Source: Anaeramoeba ignava BMAN
Taxonomy: Eukaryota > Protista > Anaeramoebae
Assembly: GCA_028826165.1 (NCBI GenBank)
Contig: JAPDFW010000125.1
Coordinates: 806,001 to 870,000, forward strand
DNA: 64,000 nt
Direction of reading: 5' to 3'
Shown: piece by piece, positions 1 to 12,393 of the stretch
Layout of the letters: every line of letters starts with the position of its first letter
How positions within the stretch are numbered: position 1 is the first letter of the stretch
Made by a program: the position numbers and the translations under genes
The notes under the pieces: model-generated
Told to the model about the DNA's origin: nothing
Seen by the model: the letters and a program-made list of their open reading frames with translations, nothing else
Database searches by the model: none

Positions 1-484
1 ATATTGAATTTTAATATTATTTAATTTAAATTTAATTTGAATTCAATTCTATTTTATGTATTTTATTAATTTTCTTTATTAAATTAATATTTTTGATTAT
101 TTATTAATTCAATTTTAATTATAATAAAATATATTGAAATTGAAATTTTAAATTGAAAAATTATTAAAATAATTTAATAAAAATATAAATTGAATTTTAA
201 TAATATTTAATAATAAATTATAATTAATTTTTTATTAATTTATATAATTAAAAAAAATTTAAATTTAATTATTATTAATTTATATTTTCAATTTTTATTT
301 TTGTTTATCATCTTCAAAAAACAATTTTTCATTTTCTTTTCCAAATTTTTAATCATATTTTTAAATTAATTTAAAATTATTTTAAATTAGATTTGTTTTT
401 TATTTATTAATTTGAAGAATTTAATTTGATTGAAAATAAATTAAAATAAAATTAGATTTTGGAAAGTAAATGAAAAAATATTTC

Positions 485-2140
485 TTAAATGAAATAAGTT
501 TCAAGTTCATCAACAACCCATGAACTAAAAGAACCAGCTAAATAACTTTGAGCTTCATTTGTATTATAAGTAATTCCATTAGGCAAATTATAACTATAAC
601 CAAAATTTGAATAACCAGGTTGTAAATTAGAATCTAAGCCAAAATCACAATTTCCTCCTTCATTTCCACCAAATCTTGGACCCCAACTTGAAAAATATTC
701 AATTCCACTCCCTTTTTTATATGTAAATTTCGCAGGTATTCTATCCCCTTTATCATTTCTTAATGAAAAAATAAATGCATTTGAATCCGAAATATAATTG
801 TTTGGAGTTCCTTTCCATCCAACTTCAGTGAATCCTCCAAAAATAAAATTATCTTTTGTTTTGATAATAACTAATGCTTTTCCTTTATTATCAACTGCTT
901 TATGCCAATTTTGAGAATCAAATCCATCTCTTTTTGCTGAAAATCCTTTTTTCATTTTAGAAAAAAAATCATTATCATTTATCCATTCTTGTAATTTCTT
1001 AACATATTCAATATCTTTAATAATTTCTGAAAATTGAGGAAAATTTTTTCTGATTTCTTCTAATTTTTTCTCAAGTTCCAAATCTTTTTGATATTGATCT
1101 CGATATTTATCAAAAATAGGTTTCATATCTTCAACTTCTTTCTTCCATTTCTCTTCAATTTCTTTGTTTTTCTCTTCAACTTCTTTCTTCCATTTCTCTT
1201 CAATTTCTTTCTCTTTGTTTTCAATTTCTTTGTTTTTATCTTCAATTTCAATTTTCATTTGTTGATTTTCTTTTTGATTATCTTGAATAACTTTGTTTTG
1301 AATATCAACTAAAATAGATTTGGGAAAAAAATCAAATTGTTTTAATTTATCAAAATCTTGTTTTGAAATTGAATCTTTATCAAATAATGAAAAAAAAGAA
1401 TGAAATAATCTTTTCTTTGCATTCATTTTGTGTTCATATTTCTTTAATTTTAATCTTTGATTTCTTTTTTCAATCCAATTATTTAAAAATTGAAAAAAAT
1501 CAAATTGAAAAATTTCTTTTTTTTCTTGTTTAAATTGAATAAATTTGATAATTTCTTCTTTAGTTAAATTGAATAAATTTTCATTATTCTGAATTTGGGA
1601 AAAATTTTGATTTATTAATTCAAAACATTTTATTTCAATTTCATTTGAATTTAAATTTCGATTTTGGAATAAAAATTGGAAAAAATTTGAATAATTAATT
1701 GAATTTGAAATTTTTTTTTGAATAATTTCTTTCAATAAATTTAATTTAAAATAAATTGAAATTTCCAATAATTGGAGAAGATTTTCTTGATTCTCAAAAG
1801 AAATATTTCCATAATAAATATAACTCAAAATTGATTCCATTTCTTTTTTATTAAATTGATTTAAAAAAATAGAAAGAGATTCTTGCCTTAATAATTCATT
1901 AAAAAAAGGAGATCTTGAAGATAAAATTGATTTATGAACTTTAATTTCAAAAGGATTTGATTTATTCTCAACAAAAATTGAAAAATCTTTAAATGAATTT
2001 CCATTTAAAAGGTTTGAATAATCTTTAATTAAATTTTTTGTTACTTTTTTTTCTAAATTTTTCATTTCATTTTGATTTTCATTTTGATTTTCATTTTGAT
2101 TTGCATTTTCAATTTGGTTATTATTATTATTATTATCCAT
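485..2140 (-). CDS. BTB/POZ + coiled-coil + TLDc domain protein
   Basis: Intronless 551-aa ORF. BTB motif FKDFSIFV...IKVHKSILSSRSPFF...ILSYIYYG; KEIEEKWKKEVE repeats; C-terminal TLDc motifs AKRDGFDSQNWHKAVDNKG, FIFGGFT, DSNAFIFSL, WGPRFG, VDELETY. Confidence 0.9.
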   Translation of the reverse strand: MDNNNNNNQIENANQNENQNENQNEMKNLEKKVTKNLIKDYSNLLNGNSFKDFSIFVENKSNPFEIKVHKSILSSRSPFFNELLRQESLSIFLNQFNKKEMESILSYIYYGNISFENQENLLQLLEISIYFKLNLLKEIIQKKISNSINYSNFFQFLFQNRNLNSNEIEIKCFELINQNFSQIQNNENLFNLTKEEIIKFIQFKQEKKEIFQFDFFQFLNNWIEKRNQRLKLKKYEHKMNAKKRLFHSFFSLFDKDSISKQDFDKLKQFDFFPKSILVDIQNKVIQDNQKENQQMKIEIEDKNKEIENKEKEIEEKWKKEVEEKNKEIEEKWKKEVEDMKPIFDKYRDQYQKDLELEKKLEEIRKNFPQFSEIIKDIEYVKKLQEWINDNDFFSKMKKGFSAKRDGFDSQNWHKAVDNKGKALVIIKTKDNFIFGGFTEVGWKGTPNNYISDSNAFIFSLRNDKGDRIPAKFTYKKGSGIEYFSSWGPRFGGNEGGNCDFGLDSNLQPGYSNFGYSYNLPNGITYNTNEAQSYLAGSFSSWVVDELETYFI

Positions 2141-2544
2141 TTTGTTTTTTGTTTTTGTGTTTTTTGTTTTTGTTTTTGTTTTTGTTTTTAAAAAAAAAAG
2201 GAAAAAAATGAAAAAAAAAATTTAAATAAAAAAAATAAATAAAAAAAGTGAATTTTGAAAATAAATAAAAATATAAAAAATAAGAATAAATTTAAATTAA
2301 TAATTAATTTAATTTTCTTTTTAATTTATTATTTTAAATTAATTTATTAATAAATTATTATTATTTTTTTATTATTTTTTATTATTAAAAAAAAAGGAAA
2401 ATTATTTTAATTTAATTTTTAATTTAATTTTTTTTTTTGGAATTTAAAAATTATTAATAAATTTAAATTTAAAAACAAATTTCCAAATTAATATTAATTC
2501 AATTTAATTCAAAAAGATAAAATTTTAATTTCAAAAATCAATTT

Positions 2545-3110
2545 TCAAAATATTTTTAAATAATAAAAATATTTAAATCTAAAACATTAAATTATTATTT
2601 TAATAATAAAATTAAATATTAAATTATATTTTTAAATTAATTTATAAATTAAATATTAAATTAAATCTATTCTTATTTTTTATATTTATATGTTAAATAT
2701 TTAAATAATAAAATATTTAAATCTAAAACATTAAATTATTATTTTAAACATAAAATTAAATATTAAATTATATTTTTAAATTAATTTATAAATTAAATAT
2801 TAAATTAAATCTATTTTAATTTTTCATTTTTATGTTAAATATTTAAATAATAAAATATTTAAATCTAAAACATTAAATTATTATTTTAATAATAAAATTA
2901 AATATTAAATTATATTTTTAAATTAATTTATAAATTAAATATTAAATTAAATCTATTCTTATTTTTTATATTTATATGTTAAATATTTAAATAATAAAAT
3001 ATTTAAATCTAAAACAATAAATTATTATTTTAAACATAAAATTAAATATTAAATTATATTTTTAAATTAATTTATAAATTGAATATTAAATTAAATCTAT
3101 TTTCATTTTT
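2545..3110. repeat. Intergenic tandem repeat, ~143-bp unit, ~4 copies
   Basis: Marker TAAATCT (followed by AAAACA) ends at 2580, 2724, 2866 and 3010. Confidence 0.9.
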
Positions 3111-3160
3111 TCATTTTTTCATTTTTTCATTTTTTCATTTTTTTATTTTTTCATTTTTTT
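3101..3160 (+). promoter_or_regulatory. Tandem TCATTTTT initiator-like motifs upstream of the transportin ATG
   Basis: About 6 copies of TCATTTTT ending ~20 nt before ATG 3180. The same strand-specific motif precedes most genes in the window. Confidence 0.55.
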
Positions 3161-3179
3161 TAATTTATAAAAAATAAAT

Positions 3180-6100
3180 ATGAGCACACCAACATGGGAA
3201 CCAAATCCACAAACCGTTCAAAAAATTATAGAATTTGCAGCTTATCCGGAACAAAATGATTTAGAATTAAATTATTTAAAACAACAACACGATATAAACA
3301 ATCATTTTGTATTTATTTTATGTCGTTCACTTGAAGCAACAGATTCATTAAGAGAAACAATGTCAAAACTTCTTATAGAAAATATTAATCTTGAATCTGC
3401 TTATCGTTCAATGACTCCTTATTTGAAAAGTGAACTTCTTTTAGCTCTTGGAAATGGAAACGCGATTACAAGAACAAAATCAGCTGAAGTTATTGCTCAT
3501 ATTGTTACAAATGTAATTTAATTTTATAAATGAATTTTAATTTTAATTTGAATTTAATTTTAATTTTAATTTTAATTTTAATTTTAATTTTAATTTTAAT
3601 TTTAATTTTAATTTTAATTTTAATTTTAATTTTAATTTTATAAATAATTTTATAAATAATTTTATAAATGAATTTTTAAATAATTTTTATATGAATTTTA
3701 ATTTTATTTTTAATTTCAATTTTAATTATAATTTTAATTTTAATTTTAATTTGAATTTTAATTTTAATTTTAATTTTAATTTTAATTTTAATATTAATTT
3801 TAATTTTAAATTTAATTTTGATTTTAATTTTGATTTTAATTTTAATTATAATTTTAATTTTAATTTTAATTTGAATTTTAATTTTAATTTTAATTTTATA
3901 AATGAATTTTAATTTTAATTTGAATTTAATTTTTAATTTTAATTTTAATTTTAATTTTAATTTTAATTTTAATTTTAATTTTAATTTTAATTTTATAAAT
4001 AATTTTATAAATAATTTTATAAATAATTTTTAAATAATTTTTATATGAATTTTAAATAAATTTTAAATAATTTTTAAATAATTTTATAAATAATTTTTAA
4101 ATAATTTTATAAATAATTTTTAAATAATTTTTATATTAATATTAATAATCTCCTCAAAAAGATTGGCTTGGAAAAATGGGATGACTTATTTAATAATCTC
4201 CTTTCTTTATTGAGTTCAATATCACCAGTCGCAATAGAAGGAAGCCTTTTTTGTTTTTCAAAAATTTTCCAAAAACCAACTCAACCATTTCCTCAATTAA
4301 TGGTTCTTTCGGTCGCAAAAAAAATAATCACGTTCTTTTCAAATCCAAAACCAAATTTAAGAGAAATATCACTTTCAACAATTTCTCAAATTGTTTTAAA
4401 ACATATTGATGTTGTTGATCAAATTTTTCGAGATTATTTTTCTGTAAAAAAAACACAAATTCTTCTTTTTTTCTTTTTAATTCAAAATTATTTGAAAAAT
4501 AAAAATAAAATAAAAAGGGTTTGATGAAACTAAAAAATGATCCAGTTGCTGCAATTCGATTGAAATTATGCGAATCACTTTCTTTTTTGGTTCAAAATTG
4601 GCCTGAATTATTAATTCCAGAATTAAATCGAGTAACACCTTATATTTTCCATGTTTTAGAAAAAGACGAAGAAGAAATTGCAATTGAAGCTTGTCATTTT
4701 TTACATTTTCTTTCGCATCTTCCGAATTCATCAACTTATTTTAAAACCAATTTAGCAAAGTTTGGATTTTTCTTTTTAAAAAAAAAGTGTCATTTTTTGG
4801 ATTGAAAAAAAAAATTTTTTTTTTTCGTTTCGGGAAAAAAAATAGTCTTCTCTCAGTTCTTTCAGAAAGAATGAAAATTCAGAACGAAAGCACAAAATCA
4901 AGGTTGAGAACAATGGCCTCGAAAGTATTTGAGTTCATTGCGTCAATTTATCAAGACGGATTGCTTGAAATTCTTCTTCCTGAACTTCAAACAAGACTGT
5001 CAAGTCCGGAATGGACCAACAAAGAAGTAGCCATCTTTATCATAGGGTTGATCATGCCGTTCTGCTTCAAAGGGATATCGGCTCATCTCCCGCATCTTCT
5101 CCAATTACTAATTGCTTTTCTTTCTGATCAAAATGCGCAAATAATCCATTCAACCTGCTGGACAATATCAAAGTACTCCTCATGGATAATTCAGCAGCCA
5201 GAAAAGAAATTGTATTTCGAGCCCGTTTTAATCGCGCTACTGAATAATATGAAGGATCAATCAAACAGAGAGACTCTGAATTATCTCAGTTTTGCTGCGG
5301 CAAAATTGACTGAGATTGCTCAATCTGAGATGATTTCGTATATTGGCCCAATTACACAAGCAATATCTAATGTTCTCCAAAACATGAAGACCCAAGAAGA
5401 CGGAAAAATCCCTTTTTTTTGGGATTTCGTCACTTGCTTTTCAGAGGCTGCTGGCTCAAATTTAGCGCAAAATGAATATGTTGATGCAATCTTTGGGCCG
5501 TTGTCAAATTTTTTGGAAAATTTCGATTTGGATTTTGAAAAAGAGCAGTTAAATCAACAGAATTTAGAAAACGAATTGCAAAACAAGGCGAACACAATAT
5601 ATGACGAGCTTTCCAATCCGGAAAAAAACGGCGAAAATTTTTCAACAGAAAATCCAAATGCAAAAAACCGAAATGGGATTTTTTGGAACCACCAAGAAAT
5701 ACCGTCGATGCTGAAAGCGCTTGATTCGCTGATTGTAGCCATTTCCAATCATGAATTTAACGAGAATTTGGCGCAGTGTGTTGTGCAGATGATCAACATG
5801 GGGTTCAAAATTCTTCAAGGGAAAAATCATCTTCCGAATTGCGACGAAAAAATAGAATGGATTTCAAACACACTTCACACTTTGAATTCCGTTATTTTGC
5901 TTGCCGACCGCATCTCATCAATCAAGGATTTGGTGTTTGAAAAATTGTTTGTGACGCTGCTGAACGATTTGATGAATGAAACAAGTATGGAAATCAAAAT
6001 AGCCGCGCTTGCCTTGTTTCAAACGGCATTCATTTCCTTTGTGGATAAATCGGAAGAATATATTGTTGATTTCATCCCCATTTTGATCTCCAATTTGGAT

Positions 6101-6553
6101 CCGAATTACCCGTCAATTTGCAATAATACTTGTTCCGTTATTTGCCAAATTTTGATCAATTTTCGCAATGAAATTGAGCCCTATTTCGATGAAATGATGG
6201 AAAAAGTGATTCAAATACTTGATTTATGCAATGAAAACAATTCGACGTTTTATTTGTTCCAAACGGTTTCTGTTCTTGTTGGATATTCGTGTGTGATTTT
6301 CCCATCAATCGCATCAAAGCGTTTGGATCTTTTTCTTGATAAATGGTGCTTGATTTTAACAACAATTTGGGAAACAAAGGATAAAGAGTGGTGTTTTAAA
6401 GGATTGTGCAATATTATTTATACCAATATTGATAAAATTAAAGATCGAAAGGATATCATTCTTAAAACTATTGAATCTTATGCTTCTCCAACTGATGAAC
6501 TTACTCAAACTTTTCAGCAAATTTTACTTCTTTTAAGAGAATCAGAGAATTAA
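3180..6553 (+). CDS. TNPO1: Transportin / importin-beta2-like HEAT-repeat karyopherin (4 exons)
   Basis: Exons 3180-3512, 4162-4443, 4518-4759, 4846-6553 join in frame through GT-AG introns. N-terminal WEPNPQ and motifs IAIEACHF, WTNKEVAIFIIG, STCWTISKYSSW, SICNNTC resemble transportin-1. Confidence 0.8.
3530..4135. repeat. Intronic (TTTTAA)n and (TAATTTTATAAA)n simple repeats
   Basis: Fill intron 1 of transportin and explain spurious ORF 3691-3912. Confidence 0.9.
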
Positions 6554-6589
6554 TAAAAGCAAACAATTTTCTCAATCATTTTAGATATA

Positions 6590-9500
6590 AAATTAAATAA
6601 AATTAAATTTAAAAATTAATATAAAAATGGAATAAAATTTAATTATAAAATTAAATAGAATTAAATTTAAAAATAAATTATAAATAAATATTAAATTAAA
6701 ATAAATTTAAAAATTAAAATAAAAATGGAATAAAATTTAATTAAATTTTTAATAATAAAATTAAATAGAATTAAATTAATATTTAATTATAAAATTAAAT
6801 AGAATTAAATAAATATTTAATTTAAAAATAAATTATAAATAAATTATAAAATAAAATAAATTATAAATAAATAATAAATTAAAATAAATTTAAAAATTAA
6901 TATAAAAATGGAATAAAATTTAATTAAATTTTTAATAATAAAATTAAATAGAATTAAATAAATATTTAATTATAAAATTAAATAAAATTAAATTTAAAAA
7001 TAAATTATAAATAAATAATAAATTAAATAAATTTAAAAATTAATATAAAAATGGAATAAAATTTAATTAAATTTTTAATAATAAATTTAAATAGAATTAA
7101 ATAAATATTTAATTATAAAATTAAATAAAATTAAATTTAAAAATAAATTAAAAATAAATAATAAATTAAAATAAATTTAAAAATTAATATAAAAATGGAA
7201 TAAAATTTAATTAAATTTTTAATTATAAAATTAAATAGATTTAAATAAATATTTAATTATAAAATTAAATAAAATTAAATTTAAAAATAAATTATAAATA
7301 AATAATAAATTAAAATAAATTTAAAAATTGAAATAAAAATGGAATAAAATTTAATTAAATTTTTAATAATAAATTTAAATAAAATTAAATAAATATTTAA
7401 TTATAAAATTAAATAAAATTAAATTTAAAAATAAATTATAAATAAATAATAAATTAAAATAAATTTAAAAATTAATATAAAAATGGAATAAAATTTAATT
7501 AAATTTTTAATTATAAAATTAAATAGATTTAAATAAATATTTAATTATAGAAATTAAATAAAATTAAATTTAAAAATAAATTATAAATAAATAATAAATT
7601 AAAATAAATTTAAAAATTAATATAAAAATGGAATAAAATTTAATTAAATTTTTAATAATAAAAATTAAATAAATTTAAATTAATATTTAATTATAAAATT
7701 AAATAAAATTAAATTTAAAAATAAATTATAAATAAATAATAAAATAAAATAAATTTAAAAATTAATATAAAAATGGAATAAAAATTTAATTAAATTTTTA
7801 ATAATAAAATTAAATAAAATTAAATAAATATTTAATTATAAAATTAAATAAAATTAAATTTAAAATAAATTATAAATAAATAATAAATTAAAATAAATTT
7901 AAAAATTAATATAAAAATGTAATAAAATTTAATTAAATTTTTAATTATAAAATTAAATAGAATTAAATAAATATTTAATTATAAAATTAAATAAAATTAA
8001 ATTTAAAAATAAATTATAAATAAATAATAAATTAAAATAAATTTAAAAATTGAAATAAAAATGGAATAAAATTTAATTAATTTTTAATAATAAAATTAAA
8101 TAGAATTAAATAAATATTTAATTATAAAATTGTATAAAATTAAATTTAAAAATAAATTATAAATAAATAATAAATTAAAATAAATTTAAAAATTAATATA
8201 AAAATGTAATAAAATTTATTCAAATTTTTAATAATAAAATTAAATAGAATTAAATTAATATTAAATTATAAAATTAAATAAAATTAAATTTAAAAATAAA
8301 TTATAAATAAACAATAAATTAAAATAAATTTAAAAATTAAAATAAAAATGGAATAAAAATTTAATTAAATTTTTAATAATAGAATTAAATAGAATTAAAT
8401 TAATATTTAATTATAAAATTAAATAAAATTAAATTTAAAAATAAATTATAAATAAATAATAAATTAAAATAAATTTAAAAATTGAAATAAAAATGGAATA
8501 AAAATTTAATTAATTTTTAATAATAAAATTAAATAGAATTAAATAAATATTTAATTATAAAATTGTATAAAATTAAATTTAAAAATAAATTATAAATAAA
8601 TAATAAATTAAAATAAATTTAAAAATTAATATAAAAATGTGTAATAAAATTTATTCAAATTTTTAATAATAAAATTAAATAGAATTAAATTAATATTAAA
8701 TTATAAAATTAAATAAAATTAAATTTAAAAATAAATTATAAATAAATAATAAAAATAAAATAAATTTAAAAATTAATATAAAAATGTAATAAAATTTAAT
8801 TAAATTTTTAATAATAAAATTAAATAGAATTAAATTAATATTTAATTATAAAATTAATATAAAATTAAATTTAAAAATAAATTATAAATAAATTATAAAT
8901 TAAAATAAATTCAAAAATTAATATAAAAATGGAATAAAATTTAATTAAATTTTTAATAATAAAATTAAATATAATTAAATAAATATTTAATTATAAAATT
9001 AAATAAAATTAAATTTAAAAATAAATTATAAATAAATAAAAATAAAAATAAATTTAAAAATTGAAATAAAAATGTAATAAAAATTTAATTAAATTTTTAA
9101 TAATAAAATTAAATAAAATTAAATTAATACTTAATTATAAAATTAAATAAAATTAAATTTAAAAATAAATTATAAATAAAAATAATAAATTAAAATAAAT
9201 TTAAAAATTAATATAAAAATGTAATAAAATTTAATTAAATTTTTAATAATAAAATTGAATAGATTTAAATTAATATTTAATTATAAAATTAAATAAAATT
9301 AAATTTAAAAATAAATTATAAATAAATTATAAATTAAAATAAATTTAAAAATTAATATAAATTGAATAAAATTTAATTAAATTTTTAATAATAAAATTAA
9401 ATAGAATTAAATAAATATTTAATTATAAAATTAAATAAAAATTAAATTTAAAAATAAATTATAAATAAATAATAAATTAAAATAAATTTAAAAATTAATA

Positions 9501-11940
9501 TAAAAATGGAATAAAATTTAATTAAATTTTTAATAATAAAATTAAATAGAATTAAATAAATATTTAATTATAAAATTAAATAAAATTAAATTTAAAAATA
9601 ATTTATAAATAAATAATAAAATAAAATAAATTTAAAAATGGAATAAAAATGTAATAAAATTGAAATAAAAATGTAATAAAATTTAATTAAATTTTTAATA
9701 ATAAAATTAAATAAAATTAAATAAAATTAAATTTAAAAATAAATTATAAATAAATTATAAAATAAAATAAATTTAAAAATTAATATAAAAATGGAATAAA
9801 ATTTAATTAAATTTTTAATAATAAAATTAAATAAAATTAAATAAATATTTAATTATAAAATTAAATAAAATTAAATTTAAAAATAAATTATAAATAAATA
9901 AATAATTTAAATAAATTTAAAAATTAAAATAAAAATGTAATAAAAATTAATTAAATTTTTAATAATAAAATTAAATAAAATTAAATAAATATTTAATTAT
10001 AAAATTGAATAAAATTAAATTTAAAAATAAATTATAAATAAATAATAAATTAAAATAAATTTAAAAATTAAAATAAAAATGGAATAAAAATTAATTAAAT
10101 TTTTAATAATAAAATTAAATAGAATTAAATAAATATTTAATTATAAAATTAAATAAAATTAAATATAAAAATAATTTATAAATAAATAATAAATTAAAAT
10201 AAATTTAAAAATTAATATAAAAATGTAATAAAATTTAATTAAATTTTTAATAATAAAATTGAATAGATTTAAATTAATATTTAATTATAAAATTAAATAA
10301 AATTAAATTTAAAAATAAATTATAAATAAATTATAAATTAAAATAAATTTAAAAATTAATATAAATTGAATAAAATTTAATTAAATTTTTAATAATAAAA
10401 ATTAAATAGAATTAAATTAATATTTAATTATAAAATTAAATAAAATTAAATTTAAAAATAAATTATAAATAAATAATAAAATAAAATAAATTTAAAAATT
10501 AATATAAAAATGGAATAAAATTTAATTAAATTTTTAATTATAAAATTAAATAGAATTAAATAAATATTTAATTATAAAATTAAATAAAATTAAATATAAA
10601 AAAAATAAATTATAAATAAATTATAAATTAAAATAAATTTAAAAATTAAAAATAAAAATGGAATAAAATTTAATTAAATTTTTAATAATAAAATTAAATA
10701 AAATTAAATAAATATTTAATTTAGAATTAAATAAAATTAAATATAAAAATAAATTATAAATAAATTATAAAATAAAATAAATTTAAAAATTGAAATAAAA
10801 ATGGAATAAAATTTAATTAAATTTTTAATAATAAAATTAAATAAAATTAAATAAATATTTAATTATAAAATTAAATAGAATTAAATTTAAAAATAAATTA
10901 TAAATAAATTATAAATTAAAATCATTTTAAAAATTAATATAAAAATTGAATAAAATTTAATTAAATTTTTAATAATAAAATTAAATAAAATTAAATAAAT
11001 ATTTAATTATAAAATTAAATAAAATTAAATTTAAAAATAAATTATAAATAAATAATAAATTAAAATAAATTTAAAAATTAATATAAAAATGTAATAAAAT
11101 TTAATTAAATTTTTAATAATAAAATTAAATAAAATTAAATAAATATTTAATTATAAAATTAAATAAAAATTAAATTTAAAAATAAATTATAAATAAATTA
11201 TAAAATAAAAATAAATTTAAAAATTAATATAAAAATGGAATAAAATTTAATTAAATTTTTAATAATAAAAATTAAAATAAAATTAAATAAATATTTAATT
11301 ATAAAATTAAATAAAATTAAATTTAAAAATAAATTATAAATAAATTATAAATTAAAATAAATTTAAAAATTAATATAAAAATGTAATAAAATTTAATTAA
11401 ATTTTTAATAATAAAATTAAATAGAATTAAATAAATATTTAATTATAAAATTAAATAAAATTAAATTTAAAAATAAATTATAAATAAATAATAAATTAAA
11501 ATAATTTTAAAAATTAATATAAAAATGGAATAAAATTTAATTAAAATTTTAATAATAAAATTAAATAGAATTAAATAAATATTTAATTATAAAATTGAAT
11601 AAAATTAAATTTAAAAATAAATTATAAATAAATAATAAAAATAAAATAAATTTAAAAATTAATATAAAAATGTAATAAAAATTTAATTAAATTTTTAATA
11701 ATAAAAATTAAATAGAATTAAATAAATATTTAATTATAAAATTAAATAAAATTAAATATAAAAATAAAATTATAAATAAATTAATAATTTAAAATAAATT
11801 TAAAAATTAATATAAAAATGGAATAAAATTTAATTAAATTTTTAATTATAAAATTAAATAAATTAAATAAATATTTAATTATAAAATTGAATAAAATTAA
11901 ATTTAAAAATAAATTATAAATAAATTAATAAATTAAATAA
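6590..11940. repeat. 5.3-kb satellite-like tandem array, ~144-bp unit, ~37 copies
   Basis: Marker ATGGAATAAAA/ATGTAATAAAA at 6908, 7051, 7195, 7339, 7483, 7628 ... 11818; almost pure A/T. Confidence 0.95.
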
Positions 11941-12393
11941 TAAAATTAGTAATTTTTACTTTTATTAAAAAAAATAAATAAAAAAATTTTTTTTTGTTTT
12001 TATTTTTATTTTTCTTTTATTTTTATTTATTTATTTATTTCTTTATTTTGCTTTTTTTTTCTTTATTTTCTTTTCAAAATTAAATTATAAAAATTTTATT
12101 ATATTAAAATTAAATGAAAGAAAAGAATAAAAAAATAAAAGAAAAAGTAAAAGAAAATTTAATTTAAAAAAAAAAAATTAAAAAAATTTTTTTTTTCATT
12201 TTTCTTCTTTTTTTATTATTTTTAAATTTTATTAATTAATTAATTATAAAATTAAAATAAAAATAATTTGCATTTTTCTCTTTTTAATTTAATTTCCTAT
12301 TTCTTAATTAAAATAAATTAAAATTAAATAAATTAAATTCTTTAACACTTTATCGTTAAAAAAAATAATAAAATAAAATAAATAAACACAAAA

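Noticed and set aside
3691-3912. Short ORFs of NFNF, ILIL, KIKI or FFFG type here and throughout the ORF track
   Set aside because: They are alternative-frame or antisense translations of microsatellites in introns or in NQ-rich coding tracts.
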